A model generated the notes under the pieces. It ran no database searches. It had not been told where the DNA came from and saw only the letters and a list, made by a program, of their open reading frames with translations. The position numbers and the translations under genes were made by a program. DNA of 35,025 bases from Sphingobacteriales bacterium (lineage in GTDB: Bacteria; Bacteroidota; Bacteroidia; Chitinophagales; JAYVJZ01), in assembly GCA_043768865.1 (NCBI GenBank), contig JAYVJZ010000065.1, positions 1 to 35,025 on the forward strand, in the 5' to 3' direction. Numbering within the stretch: the first letter of the stretch is position 1; each line of letters opens with the position of its first letter. This document shows, piece after piece, positions 9,061-17,754 of this stretch.

Positions 9061-10458
9061 TTAACTAATTTTTTTTTGAACACGGGCCGTCAATTCAGCC
9101 TCTGTTACCAGCTTGTTTCCAACAAATGCCTCTGCTTTCATCTCGCAAATACCTCTGCGTATAGGGTTGATGAGTTCAAGTTTCATAATCAACGTATCAC
9201 CGGGTACTACTTTTTGTTTGAATTTAACTTTATCGATTTTCAAAAAATACGTATCATATTCCTCTGGGTTTGGAAAATGACGCAAAGCCAACAAACCTCC
9301 TGTTTGAGCCATAGCTTCTATCTGTAAAACACCAGGCATTATTGGATTGCCAGGAAAATGTCCTGGAAAAAAATTCTCATTATACGTAACATTTTTAATC
9401 CCTACTATTGAATTGTCGTTGATGTCAATAATCTTATCAACCAACAAAAAAGGATACTTATGTGGCAAGCTTTTATTAATTTGATTAATATCCATAACAG
9501 GACTCGAATCAGGATTATATGGAGGAGCCGCTTTTATGTGCTTATTCTTTTTAATCAATGCCTTCAATTGTTTTGCAAATGCAACATTGGTAGCATGACC
9601 AGGACGTGAAGCGATTATTTTTCCTTTTATGTGAGAACCAATCAACGCCAAGTCGCCAACTACATCAAGTAGCTTATGACGTGCCGGCTCGTTTGGATAG
9701 TGTAATTGCAAATTATTCAAAATGCCTTCTTGTTTAATCTCCACTTTATCTTTGTTAAAAAGTTTCGCAAGCCGCGCTAACTCTTCGTCATCAACATTCC
9801 TATCAACTATAACAATTGCGTTTTGCAAATCACCCCCTTTTATCAAATTGTTTTCTAACAACACCTCCAACTCATGCAAAAAACAAAACGTCCTGCACTT
9901 ACTCACCTCTTTGTTAAACTCCCCAATATGATGCAACGAAGCATGCTGAAATCCCAACACAGGGGAATTAAAATCAATCATTACCGTCAATTGATACTCG
10001 TCAGCAGGCATCGCCAACATCTCAACTTGTTTCTCACTATCAAACAACGTAACGTTAGTATGCAGATGATAATACTCCCGCTCACCATCCTGTTCCTCAA
10101 CTCCTACGCGAGTTAGAGCCTCTACAAACGATAAACTACTCCCATCCATAATAGGCATTTCAATGCCATTTATTTCCATAAGCACGTTATCCAAATCCAT
10201 ACCCACACAAGCCGCTAGCACATGCTCCACCGTTGCGATCCTCGCACCATTGTACTCGAGAGTTGTGCCACGAGCAGTTTCAACAACCAAATCAGCATCT
10301 GCATTTATGATTACAGGTACAGGCAAATCAATGCGTTTGAACTTAAAACCATGTCCAACAGGAGCAGGATAGAAAGTTAAATCAACTAATTGACCGGTGT
10401 GAAGCCCAATGCCTGATACAGTTACAGGTTTTTTTATAGTTTTTTGATAATATGACAT
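9061..10458 (-). CDS. lpxC/fabZ: Bifunctional UDP-3-O-acyl-GlcNAc deacetylase / 3-hydroxyacyl-ACP dehydratase
   Basis: The N-terminal part is LpxC-like ([32 protein letters not shown]). The C-terminal part is FabZ-like ([27 protein letters not shown]). This fusion is characteristic of Bacteroidota. Confidence 0.92.
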   Translation of the reverse strand: MSYYQKTIKKPVTVSGIGLHTGQLVDLTFYPAPVGHGFKFKRIDLPVPVIINADADLVVETARGTTLEYNGARIATVEHVLAACVGMDLDNVLMEINGIEMPIMDGSSLSFVEALTRVGVEEQDGEREYYHLHTNVTLFDSEKQVEMLAMPADEYQLTVMIDFNSPVLGFQHASLHHIGEFNKEVSKCRTFCFLHELEVLLENNLIKGGDLQNAIVIVDRNVDDEELARLAKLFNKDKVEIKQEGILNNLQLHYPNEPARHKLLDVVGDLALIGSHIKGKIIASRPGHATNVAFAKQLKALIKKNKHIKAAPPYNPDSSPVMDINQINKSLPHKYPFLLVDKIIDINDNSIVGIKNVTYNENFFPGHFPGNPIMPGVLQIEAMAQTGGLLALRHFPNPEEYDTYFLKIDKVKFKQKVVPGDTLIMKLELINPIRRGICEMKAEAFVGNKLVTEAELTARVQKKIS

Positions 10459-10481
10459 ATCCTGCTTTATACTTTAATTGT

Positions 10482-10489
10482 CAAAAATA
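10482..10489 (-). promoter_or_regulatory. Candidate -7 box (TAnnTTTG) for the lpxC/fabZ operon
   Basis: The minus strand reads TATTTTTG about 24 nt upstream of the ATG at 10458. Confidence 0.3.
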
Positions 10490-10663
10490 AACACTAACTA
10501 TTAAAGATAAGATTAAGTTTGAAAAGGTTGCATCTAATTTAATTTTATTTCTGAACACTAATATAACCACTTCAATGTTTACGAGCCGCTCACAACATCA
10601 ACCAGCTTATTCAAAATAAATCATTAAAGAAAAAAAAATAAATACAATTAAACACGAATACTA

Positions 10664-10760
10664 CTTGGGCGTGTACACCGCAATTACTAGGGAGCGACCC
10701 CTGCCCTATGTAGGTTTGGGGTGATGAGCATAAGGATTTAATCGGCAAGGGGCAAACCTT
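10664..10760. other. GC-rich structured island in the divergent lpxC / wbpD-like spacer. It is a candidate small RNA or repeat element and is related to 17496-17541.
   Basis: cccctgcc (10698-10705) can pair with ggcaagggg (10744-10752). aggtttg (10712-10718) can pair with caaacct (10753-10759), which gives an H-type pseudoknot topology. The island sits between two candidate promoters in otherwise very AT-rich DNA. Confidence 0.25.
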
Positions 10761-10814
10761 AAAAGCTTTAAAAAAATGATTTTCTTTTATTTTAGTTTAC
10801 TAACTATTTGAATG

Positions 10815-10822
10815 TATTTTTG
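10815..10822 (+). promoter_or_regulatory. Candidate -7 box (TAnnTTTG) for the acetyltransferase-nspC unit
   Basis: TATTTTTG lies about 50 nt upstream of the ATG at 10872. Confidence 0.3.
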
Positions 10823-10871
10823 TTTTTGTTTCTATTTTTTATTCATTTTCTTATTTATTTATAATCAAATA

Positions 10872-11450
10872 ATGGTAGATTTTTTTCATCATGAAACCGC
10901 CGTAATCGACGCTGGGTGCACTATTGGTAAGGGTTCTAAAATTTGGCATTTCTCTCATATTATGCCTAACTGTACGATTGGCGAAAATTGCTCACTAGGT
11001 CAAAATGTAGTGGTGATGCCGAATGTACTGCTTGGCAACAACGTAAAAGTACAAAATAATGTGAGTATTTATGAAGGCGTTATTTGCGATGACGATGTGT
11101 TTCTTGGTCCCTCGATGGTCTTTACTAATGTGTTTAACCCACGCAGCGCAATCGTTCGCAAAGATGCATATCGCAAAACTTGGGTGAACAAGGGAGCTAC
11201 TATTGGTGCTAATGCGACTATTGTTTGTGGGATTACGTTAGGTGAATATTGTTTTGTTGGGGCGGGTGCGGTGGTGCTTAAAGATGTGAAGCCGTATGCT
11301 TTGGTGGTTGGGAATCCGGCTCGGCATATTGGGTGGATGAGTGCGTATGGTCATCGATTGGTTTTCGATGAATCGGGTACAGCAATATGCCCTGAGAGTA
11401 ACGTTTGGTATGTGTTTGACGCACAAGATAATAGTGTGAGTTTGAAATAA
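10872..11450 (+). CDS. Left-handed beta-helix sugar N-acetyltransferase of the WbpD/WlbB type (UDP-2-acetamido-3-amino-2,3-dideoxy-glucuronate N-acetyltransferase family)
   Basis: [69 protein letters not shown] and [14 protein letters not shown] closely follow the WlbB/WbpD pattern as I recall it. I prefer the ATG at 10872 (MVDFFHHE) to the ORF-track start at 10812. Confidence 0.65.
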   Translation: MVDFFHHETAVIDAGCTIGKGSKIWHFSHIMPNCTIGENCSLGQNVVVMPNVLLGNNVKVQNNVSIYEGVICDDDVFLGPSMVFTNVFNPRSAIVRKDAYRKTWVNKGATIGANATIVCGITLGEYCFVGAGAVVLKDVKPYALVVGNPARHIGWMSAYGHRLVFDESGTAICPESNVWYVFDAQDNSVSLK

Positions 11451-11528
11451 TTTTTCTTTTTTTTTGATGAATTGTATGGTTTTTTTTTTTCTTTACTGTT
11501 TTATTTTCGATTTTTATTTTTATTAATT

Positions 11529-12674
11529 ATGATTTCAAACGATATACCTACTCCATGTTTTGTGATTGAAGAGTCTCGCCTACGTTCTAATTTAAGTCGT
11601 ATCAAAACGCTTGGAGAGTCAGCTGGGGTTGAGTTTATATTAGCTTTCAAAGGGTTCAGCACATGGGGTGTTTTTGATATAGTGCGTGAATACATATCGG
11701 GTGCAACTGCCTCTTCGCTGCATGAGGCTATGCTGTGTAGTGAATACATGAAAACAAAATCGCATACATATTGTGTGGCTATTGCTGATGATGAAATTGA
11801 TGCTATCGCTTCACTTTCATCGCATATTACTTTCAACTCATTGGCGCAACTCAATCGCCATAAAGCTACGGCAGGCAAGCATTCATGTAGCATGGGGCTG
11901 CGTATCAATCCTCAGTTTTCAAAAGCTAAAGTTGCGTTGTATAATCCAGGTTCGCCGACTTCACGTTTGGGCATCGATCCTACTACGTTGCCTGCACAGT
12001 TGCCCATAGAAGTAGAGGGAATGCACTTTCACGTGCTTTGCGAGAACAATTCGTATGACTTAGAGGAGGTGTTGCATCATGTGGAAGCGAAAGTGGGTCA
12101 GCATTTGGTTAATTTGAAATGGCTTAATATCGGTGGCGGGCATTTGGTTACACACGAAGGTTATGACAGTAATCATTTTGTGAAGTTGTTAAAAAATTTT
12201 AAAGCGAAGTACCCGAATCTGCATATTATAGTAGAGCCAGGTAGTGCTCATGCTTGGCAGGCTGGGTTTTTGAAGACTACTATTTTGGATATAGTTTGTA
12301 CAGGCGGAGCGACTACTGCTAATTTAGATATTTCGTTTACAGCTCATCTGCCCGATTGCCTTGAGATGCCTTACAAACCTACTATCGAAGGGGCGCATGA
12401 TGCTATGTTGCTTGATAGTATTCCTTCACAAAATAGCTACCGATTGGGAGGAACTTCTTGTTTGGCGGGCGATTATTTAACAGAATATGTTTTTGCAAAG
12501 CCGCTGCAGGTAGGTGATACGTTGAAGTTGGAGGACATGATACATTATACGATGGTCAAAACTTCTACGTTCAATGGGGTGAAACATCCTGCTATTGGTT
12601 TGATTGATAAGATTGGAAATTTCAAAATCATTCGTACTTTTGGGTATGATGATTTCAAAAATAAATTATCATAA
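11529..12674 (+). CDS. nspC: Carboxynorspermidine/carboxyspermidine decarboxylase
   Basis: TPCFVIEE, ILAFKGFS, GATASSLHEA, GLRINPQ, SRLG, GMHFHVLCEN, IGGGH, EPGSA and SCLAGD are NspC-like. I prefer the ATG at 11529 (MISNDIPTP). Confidence 0.85.
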   Translation: MISNDIPTPCFVIEESRLRSNLSRIKTLGESAGVEFILAFKGFSTWGVFDIVREYISGATASSLHEAMLCSEYMKTKSHTYCVAIADDEIDAIASLSSHITFNSLAQLNRHKATAGKHSCSMGLRINPQFSKAKVALYNPGSPTSRLGIDPTTLPAQLPIEVEGMHFHVLCENNSYDLEEVLHHVEAKVGQHLVNLKWLNIGGGHLVTHEGYDSNHFVKLLKNFKAKYPNLHIIVEPGSAHAWQAGFLKTTILDIVCTGGATTANLDISFTAHLPDCLEMPYKPTIEGAHDAMLLDSIPSQNSYRLGGTSCLAGDYLTEYVFAKPLQVGDTLKLEDMIHYTMVKTSTFNGVKHPAIGLIDKIGNFKIIRTFGYDDFKNKLS

Positions 12675-12716
12675 ACACAGCTTTTTTTTATATATTAATA
12701 ATCCACTTAACACTGC

Positions 12717-13109
12717 ATGAATCCATCGTATGACCCACGTGTAGCAAGGCTTCACGTAGATAATCAAAAAGAAAACATTGTTGAGTTGCAACAAGGTGAT
12801 AACGGTATAGCATTTCAAGTTTTTCATCAAAAAAAACGGGGCGACCAACATCAACATGTGGGTATAGTGCACGCGCCTGATTCAGAAATGGCACTTATCT
12901 TTGCTAAAGAACAATACGGTCGTAGGCAAAAGTGCGTTAATATGTGGGTGGTCGCTAGTGCTAATATTCTAGCGTTTTCAACGGAAGACGATGATATTTT
13001 TAGTAATGCTACGTCGCCTGACAAAATATATAGAGAGGCTGGAGGCTTCAAAGTAATGGAGCGTGTCAATAGATACAAAGCACAACAAAAAGAAAAATTA
13101 AAATATTAA
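12717..13109 (+). CDS. PaaB-like protein (phenylacetate-CoA oxygenase subunit B family), stand-alone
   Basis: FQVFHQKKRGDQHQHVGIVHAPDSEMALIFAKEQYGRR...WVV...DKIYRE matches the PaaB family pattern from memory. No other paa genes are present here. Confidence 0.5.
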   Translation: MNPSYDPRVARLHVDNQKENIVELQQGDNGIAFQVFHQKKRGDQHQHVGIVHAPDSEMALIFAKEQYGRRQKCVNMWVVASANILAFSTEDDDIFSNATSPDKIYREAGGFKVMERVNRYKAQQKEKLKY

Positions 13110-13110
13110 T

Positions 13111-13623
13111 TTGAAAAAAAGAGCCTCTTTTGCAGCTGTTCTAGCGTGGTTTATGTTGGGCTTCATTGCCCTCGAAGCTACTGCGGACGCAATATTGAGT
13201 GTTTTGCATTATACTAATTACACATACCAATTTGCTGCTAAATCATGTGGAGAAACAGTGCAACTTCAATTGTCAAACATTGATTATAAAAATAATGTTA
13301 GGAAAAATGAGATTTTATTAAATAATAAATTCTATGAAGTTGTAGAAACAAATAACCTGCCTACTGATTCTGTAAAGTTGCTTTTGAAGCCCGATATATT
13401 TGATACACTTTTGTTTTTGATTAAAAATGGGATAACAGAAAATTCAAATCAAGGTGCAACTTCACATAAAACAGCAGCTTTTTTTTTATTCTTGTTCGTT
13501 GAATTTTTTACTGAATCAGTAACTTTATTTCTTAAAAATTCGCCTGAATATTTTTGTTTTACTATTCCCATTTTATCTACAATTCTAGTTGTTGATTATA
13601 AACCACCGATGTCTGAATTATAA
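13111..13623 (+). CDS. Hypothetical membrane protein
   Basis: It starts with TTG 1 nt after the PaaB-like stop. It has an N-terminal hydrophobic segment (FAAVLAWFMLGFIAL) and C-terminal hydrophobic segments. I recognise no family. Confidence 0.4.
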   Translation: MKKRASFAAVLAWFMLGFIALEATADAILSVLHYTNYTYQFAAKSCGETVQLQLSNIDYKNNVRKNEILLNNKFYEVVETNNLPTDSVKLLLKPDIFDTLLFLIKNGITENSNQGATSHKTAAFFLFLFVEFFTESVTLFLKNSPEYFCFTIPILSTILVVDYKPPMSEL

Positions 13624-13712
13624 CTTTTTTTTAACTAATTAATCATAATTAGTCAATAGCCTATGTATTTACAAGGGGCTAGTATTTTTATAATTCTAAA
13701 ATTAAATCAACA

Positions 13713-15905
13713 ATGAAATATCTTTTTTTTATACTATTAGTAGTATTGCCGAGCTTTCTTTTTGCTCAAACAGATTCAATAAAATCAATTCGTACATTAG
13801 ATGAAATAGACGTCAGCACAACAAAAAAACCTGTAAGCAAAAAAAATATTGCTCAACAAACGGCGACAATTTATAAAGATGAAATACAAAAGCAAAATTT
13901 TCAAAACACAGCCGATGTGCTCGGCAACTCTGGTGCTATATCATTGCAAAAAAGTCAGCAAGGGGGTGGAAGCCCTGTCATTCGTGGGTTTGAAGCCAAT
14001 AGGGTGTTGCTTGTAGTAGATGGGGTGCGTATGAACAATCTGATATTCAGAGGGGGACATTTGCAGAATTGTATTACTGTTGATGAAAATATTTTGGAAC
14101 GTGCCGACATACTTTACGGACCTGCTTCTACCATATATGGTAGCGACGCATTAGGTGGTGCCGTACATTTTCACACAATCCAACCTAAATTAGCAGCTAC
14201 GACAAGCAAATCGATTACGGGGAATGCTTTTGGACGATACTCAACTGTAAATAAAGAAAATAAAGGGCATATAGATTTGAATTATGCCACACAACGTTTT
14301 GCCTCACTTACTTCAATTACATATTCAAAATTTGGCGATCTCCGCATGGGTGCCACTGCTAACGGGCGCAATAGTCTATTTGGCACGCGCGATTTTTATG
14401 TACGTTCGCTCAATGGTGTTGATACAATCATTAAAAATGATAATAACAAAATACAAGTTGGTTCGGCCTATACGCAATATGATATTATGCAGAAATTTTT
14501 ATATAAGCAAAATGAGTTGATTACCCACGATATAAACGTACAATATTCTACCACGGGCAACGTGCCTCGTTACGATCGCTTGACCGACCCCAACGGAACC
14601 ACTATTTTATCGAGTGCAGAATGGTATTATGGGCCACAACGCCGTCTTTTGGCAGGTTATAATCTCAATCATAAGAATATATATAATGGAATAGAAATGC
14701 ACGTAGGCTTGCATTATCAAGACGTGGAAGAAAGCCGTATAAATAGAAATTTTGGAAGCCCAAGTAAAAATGTACGCATTGAAAATGTATCTATTTTTAA
14801 CACTAACATCGATTTTGAAAAGAAATTGGGACACGGCAATTTACTCTTTGGGGCTGAAAATTCATACGAAATGCTCCAATCTAAAGCCAATAAAATCACA
14901 ATTGCTACCTCCGCTCAAGCGCCCCTCAGTACACGATATCCCAATGGCAACAATACTTTAAACCGCTCCGAGGCCTACCTCAATTACAATCATTCATACA
15001 ACGACAAAATAAAATCAACCCACGGGTTTCGCCTCGGCACTACAACCCTAAAAAGCGAACACATCGATACTTTGTTTTATAAATTGCCCTACAACAATTT
15101 TACTCAAAACTTCTTTACCTATTCCTTACAAAGCGGACTGGTCGTACTTCTTAACAATTTTTCAAAACTTAATGCAACGATTTCAACAGGTTTTCGTACT
15201 CCCAATTTCGATGATGCAACTAAGATTTTTGATTCAAAAAAAGGGTATGTAGTAGTGCCTAATGCAAGTCTTACCCCAGAACAAACCATAACGATTGATG
15301 TAGGTTTTGCTTGCTATAACACCAACAAAATATATTGGGAAAATACGGTTTATTATACTAGTTTAAATAATTTTATTAGCATTGCACCCTCAACATTTCA
15401 AGGCAAAGACAGCGTAAAATATGATGGTGTGATGAGCAAAGTATTTGCAAACCAAAACACCAAAAAAGGATACGTGTATGGTTATAGCACCACACTCAAA
15501 ATGGCTATAACAGACCATTTGTTAGCCTATGGCTCACTCAACTTTACATACGGCAATGTACGAGACACCGTTAAAATACCGCTCGACCACATACCCCCGA
15601 TGTTTGGCAGGGCAGGATTGAAGTACGAAAACAAACATGCTTTTTTAGATGTATTTACGTTGTATAACGGGGCAAAACCAATTGCTGATTATAGCCCCTC
15701 AGGTGAAGACAATCCACAGTATGCCGCCGCATTTGGTGCGCCTGCTTGGTTTACGTGCAACATAAAAGCGTCTTATAAGTTGAATAAAAATAGCACATTA
15801 CAATCAGGCATTGACAATATTTTAGACCTAAATTATAGAACATTTTCAAGCGGCATCAACGCCCCGGGACGCAACATATACGCTGCTTTGCGAGTTACAT
15901 TTTAA
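13713..15905 (+). CDS. TonB-dependent outer-membrane receptor
   Basis: It has a signal peptide, a plug domain (SPVIRGFEANRVLLVVDGVRMNN, YGSDALGGAVHF) and a C-terminal beta-barrel ending in the aromatic ...AALRVTF. Confidence 0.85.
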   Translation: MKYLFFILLVVLPSFLFAQTDSIKSIRTLDEIDVSTTKKPVSKKNIAQQTATIYKDEIQKQNFQNTADVLGNSGAISLQKSQQGGGSPVIRGFEANRVLLVVDGVRMNNLIFRGGHLQNCITVDENILERADILYGPASTIYGSDALGGAVHFHTIQPKLAATTSKSITGNAFGRYSTVNKENKGHIDLNYATQRFASLTSITYSKFGDLRMGATANGRNSLFGTRDFYVRSLNGVDTIIKNDNNKIQVGSAYTQYDIMQKFLYKQNELITHDINVQYSTTGNVPRYDRLTDPNGTTILSSAEWYYGPQRRLLAGYNLNHKNIYNGIEMHVGLHYQDVEESRINRNFGSPSKNVRIENVSIFNTNIDFEKKLGHGNLLFGAENSYEMLQSKANKITIATSAQAPLSTRYPNGNNTLNRSEAYLNYNHSYNDKIKSTHGFRLGTTTLKSEHIDTLFYKLPYNNFTQNFFTYSLQSGLVVLLNNFSKLNATISTGFRTPNFDDATKIFDSKKGYVVVPNASLTPEQTITIDVGFACYNTNKIYWENTVYYTSLNNFISIAPSTFQGKDSVKYDGVMSKVFANQNTKKGYVYGYSTTLKMAITDHLLAYGSLNFTYGNVRDTVKIPLDHIPPMFGRAGLKYENKHAFLDVFTLYNGAKPIADYSPSGEDNPQYAAAFGAPAWFTCNIKASYKLNKNSTLQSGIDNILDLNYRTFSSGINAPGRNIYAALRVTF

Positions 15906-15934
15906 CCAACAAATCACACGGCTAAATGCAACAT

Positions 15935-15976
15935 AAAAAGCCGCTGTTTACAAAGTAAAACAGCGGCTTTTTTTTA
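15935..15976. terminator. Bidirectional intrinsic terminator between the TonB receptor and the sigma-54 regulator
   Basis: aaaagccgctgttt (15936-15949) pairs with aaacagcggctttt (15958-15971). The stem is flanked by an A-run on one side and a T-run on the other. Confidence 0.75.
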
Positions 15977-16005
15977 TCAAAACCCAATTCAATTGGGTTC
16001 GTTTA

Positions 16006-17355
16006 TCAATCCCTCGTCAAACTATATTTCTCTATCTTGTTATACAAATGACTACGCTGAATATCTATCTCCTCCGCCGTTTTTACAATGTTCCAATGAT
16101 TCGATTTTAGCTTATGTTCAATAAACATTTTCTCAACATAATCCTTATAATCATGCAGTTTATGAAACCGTTCATTTGCATCCACTATAGTCTCACGTTT
16201 CGCACTGCCAGCATAGGTTTGCACCTCTTTTTCAGTAATCTTATCATTGCTCAATATCACTAAACGCTCGATTATATTTCGCAGTTCCCGAATGTTGCCC
16301 GTATAATTTATTTTTTTCAATTCCTCCAACGCCTTTTGGCTTATCATTTTTTTCATGCCATACTCTTCACAAATTTCTTTTACAAATTTCTCCGCCAATA
16401 TCGGTATATCCTCTTCCCTTTGATTCAACGTCGGCACATGTATCAATATCACACTCAGCCGATGATACAAATCCATTCTAAAATTTTTATTTTCAATCTC
16501 GCTCAGCAAATCCTTGTTCGTAGCCGCCACCACACGCACGTTCACGCTAATATCCTTGTCGCCACCCACACGCGTTATTTTGTTTTCTTGCAATGCCCTC
16601 AGCACCTTAGCCTGCGCATCAAGGCTCATATCACCAATCTCATCTAAAAAAAGCGTCCCCCCATTTGCCTGTTCAAACTTCCCAATTTTTTGTTTAATAG
16701 CCGACGTAAAAGACCCTTTTTCATGACCAAATAATTCACTTTCTATCAATTCGCTTGGTATCGCAGCACAATTCACCTCTACCAACGGCCCCCTATTGCG
16801 ATTGCTATGCTCATGTATCCAACGTGCCACTAACTCTTTGCCAGTGCCATTTTCGCCCGTTATCAATACCCGAGCATCCGTAGGAGCTACCCTCAAAATT
16901 GTTTCCTTTATTCTGCTAATACTCGGCGTTTCGCCAACTATTTCAGTAACCTTACTCACCTTACGACGCAATACTTTAGTCTCTACAACGAGGTTCGATT
17001 TCTCTACTGCATTTCGTATCGAAACCAGTACACGATTGAGTTCTGGCGGTTTCGTAAAAAAATCATACGCCCCTTTTCGCACTGCCTCCACCGCAATATC
17101 AATATTGGCATGAGCAGAAATCATAATAATCGGAACATCAGGAATGAGTTCACGGCTTTTTTCTAAAAACTCCATGCCATCTACTTTCGGCATCTTAATA
17201 TCACAAATCACAAGATCAAAAACCTCATTACTCACCTTCGTTAACGCCTCCTCACCATTCGACGCCTCATCGGTCTTGTACCCCTCCAACTCAAGTATAT
17301 CACGCAATGAGCGACGTATAGCACGCTCATCATCAACTATCAAAATAGTAGCCAT
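16006..17355 (-). CDS. Sigma-54-dependent response regulator (NtrC family: receiver + AAA+ + Fis-type HTH)
   Basis: The receiver is ILIVDDE...DLVICDIKMP. Walker A is GENGTGKE. ESELFGHEKGSFTSA and GGTLFLDEIG are present. The C-terminus carries an HTH (NIVKTAEEIDIQRSHLYNKI). Confidence 0.9.
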   Translation of the reverse strand: MATILIVDDERAIRRSLRDILELEGYKTDEASNGEEALTKVSNEVFDLVICDIKMPKVDGMEFLEKSRELIPDVPIIMISAHANIDIAVEAVRKGAYDFFTKPPELNRVLVSIRNAVEKSNLVVETKVLRRKVSKVTEIVGETPSISRIKETILRVAPTDARVLITGENGTGKELVARWIHEHSNRNRGPLVEVNCAAIPSELIESELFGHEKGSFTSAIKQKIGKFEQANGGTLFLDEIGDMSLDAQAKVLRALQENKITRVGGDKDISVNVRVVAATNKDLLSEIENKNFRMDLYHRLSVILIHVPTLNQREEDIPILAEKFVKEICEEYGMKKMISQKALEELKKINYTGNIRELRNIIERLVILSNDKITEKEVQTYAGSAKRETIVDANERFHKLHDYKDYVEKMFIEHKLKSNHWNIVKTAEEIDIQRSHLYNKIEKYSLTRD

Positions 17356-17479
17356 AAGTATAAAAAATTTGTAAGAATTAAGGCAATAAAGATACGAAAA
17401 AATACGTTAGCTTGCGGCACAATATCAGCCACCACCTCTCCCTCAAAGTACAAAAACACAGTCATTCTCTTAACGCAAA

Positions 17480-17720
17480 ATACGATTAGGGCGTTCCCCT
17501 TGCCGTTGCCTGACAATACAGGCAGGGCAAGCGTCGCTGCCCGGTTCCCGCTTTTTTTGTGGAGAATACCACAAAAAAGAGCTACACCTAAGCAGCTAAC
17601 GCTATTTTGCGGCTCATGCCGCAATGCTCCGCCACTCAGCCATTTCCACTATCTCGTTTTGAATCCTTCCTCTTCTTGTAGGTCATTTATTACCCAAACT
17701 CTCCACCCTCACTAGGTTGC
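17480..17720. ncRNA. Candidate structured RNA of unknown family and unresolved strand
   Basis: There are four consecutive hairpins. (1) cttgcc/ggcaag plus gcctg/caggc, 17499-17531. (2) ttttttgtgg/ccacaaaaaa, 17553-17578. (3) agctac/gcagct, 17580-17597. (4) ttgcggc/gccgcaa, 17607-17624. They are followed by a pyrimidine-rich tract. There is no credible ORF. The region is GC-rich relative to its surroundings. Confidence 0.3.
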
Positions 17721-17754
17721 TCTTATGATAATCGTTTTTATCTAGAGTATTAAA

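Noticed and set aside
13624-13712. A riboswitch (cobalamin, TPP or similar) ahead of the TonB-dependent receptor
   Set aside because: The gap is only 89 nt of AT-rich sequence with no conserved core motifs or convincing stems. It is too short for those classes.
17340-17715. ORFs 17340..17624 (minus strand) and 17500..17715 (plus strand) across the GC-rich block
   Set aside because: They overlap each other and the hairpin array. The first overlaps the start of the regulator gene. Their compositions (Cys/Arg/Pro-rich, no motifs) look like translated structured DNA.
17480-17720. Possible RNase P RNA, tmRNA, SRP/4.5S RNA or cobalamin riboswitch in the GC-rich block
   Set aside because: I looked on both strands for hallmark strings and found none. 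These were GAGGAAAGUCCGG and ACAGAAxCCGGCUUA for RNase P, and a GGGGCUGA 5' end with an ANDENYALAA-type tag and a UCCACCA 3' end for tmRNA. I also checked GGAAGCAGCC for SRP RNA and the B12-box/GCCACUG core. Only short partial resemblances occur, such as gaggaaggattc and gccactc. The region is kept only as an unclassified structured-RNA candidate.
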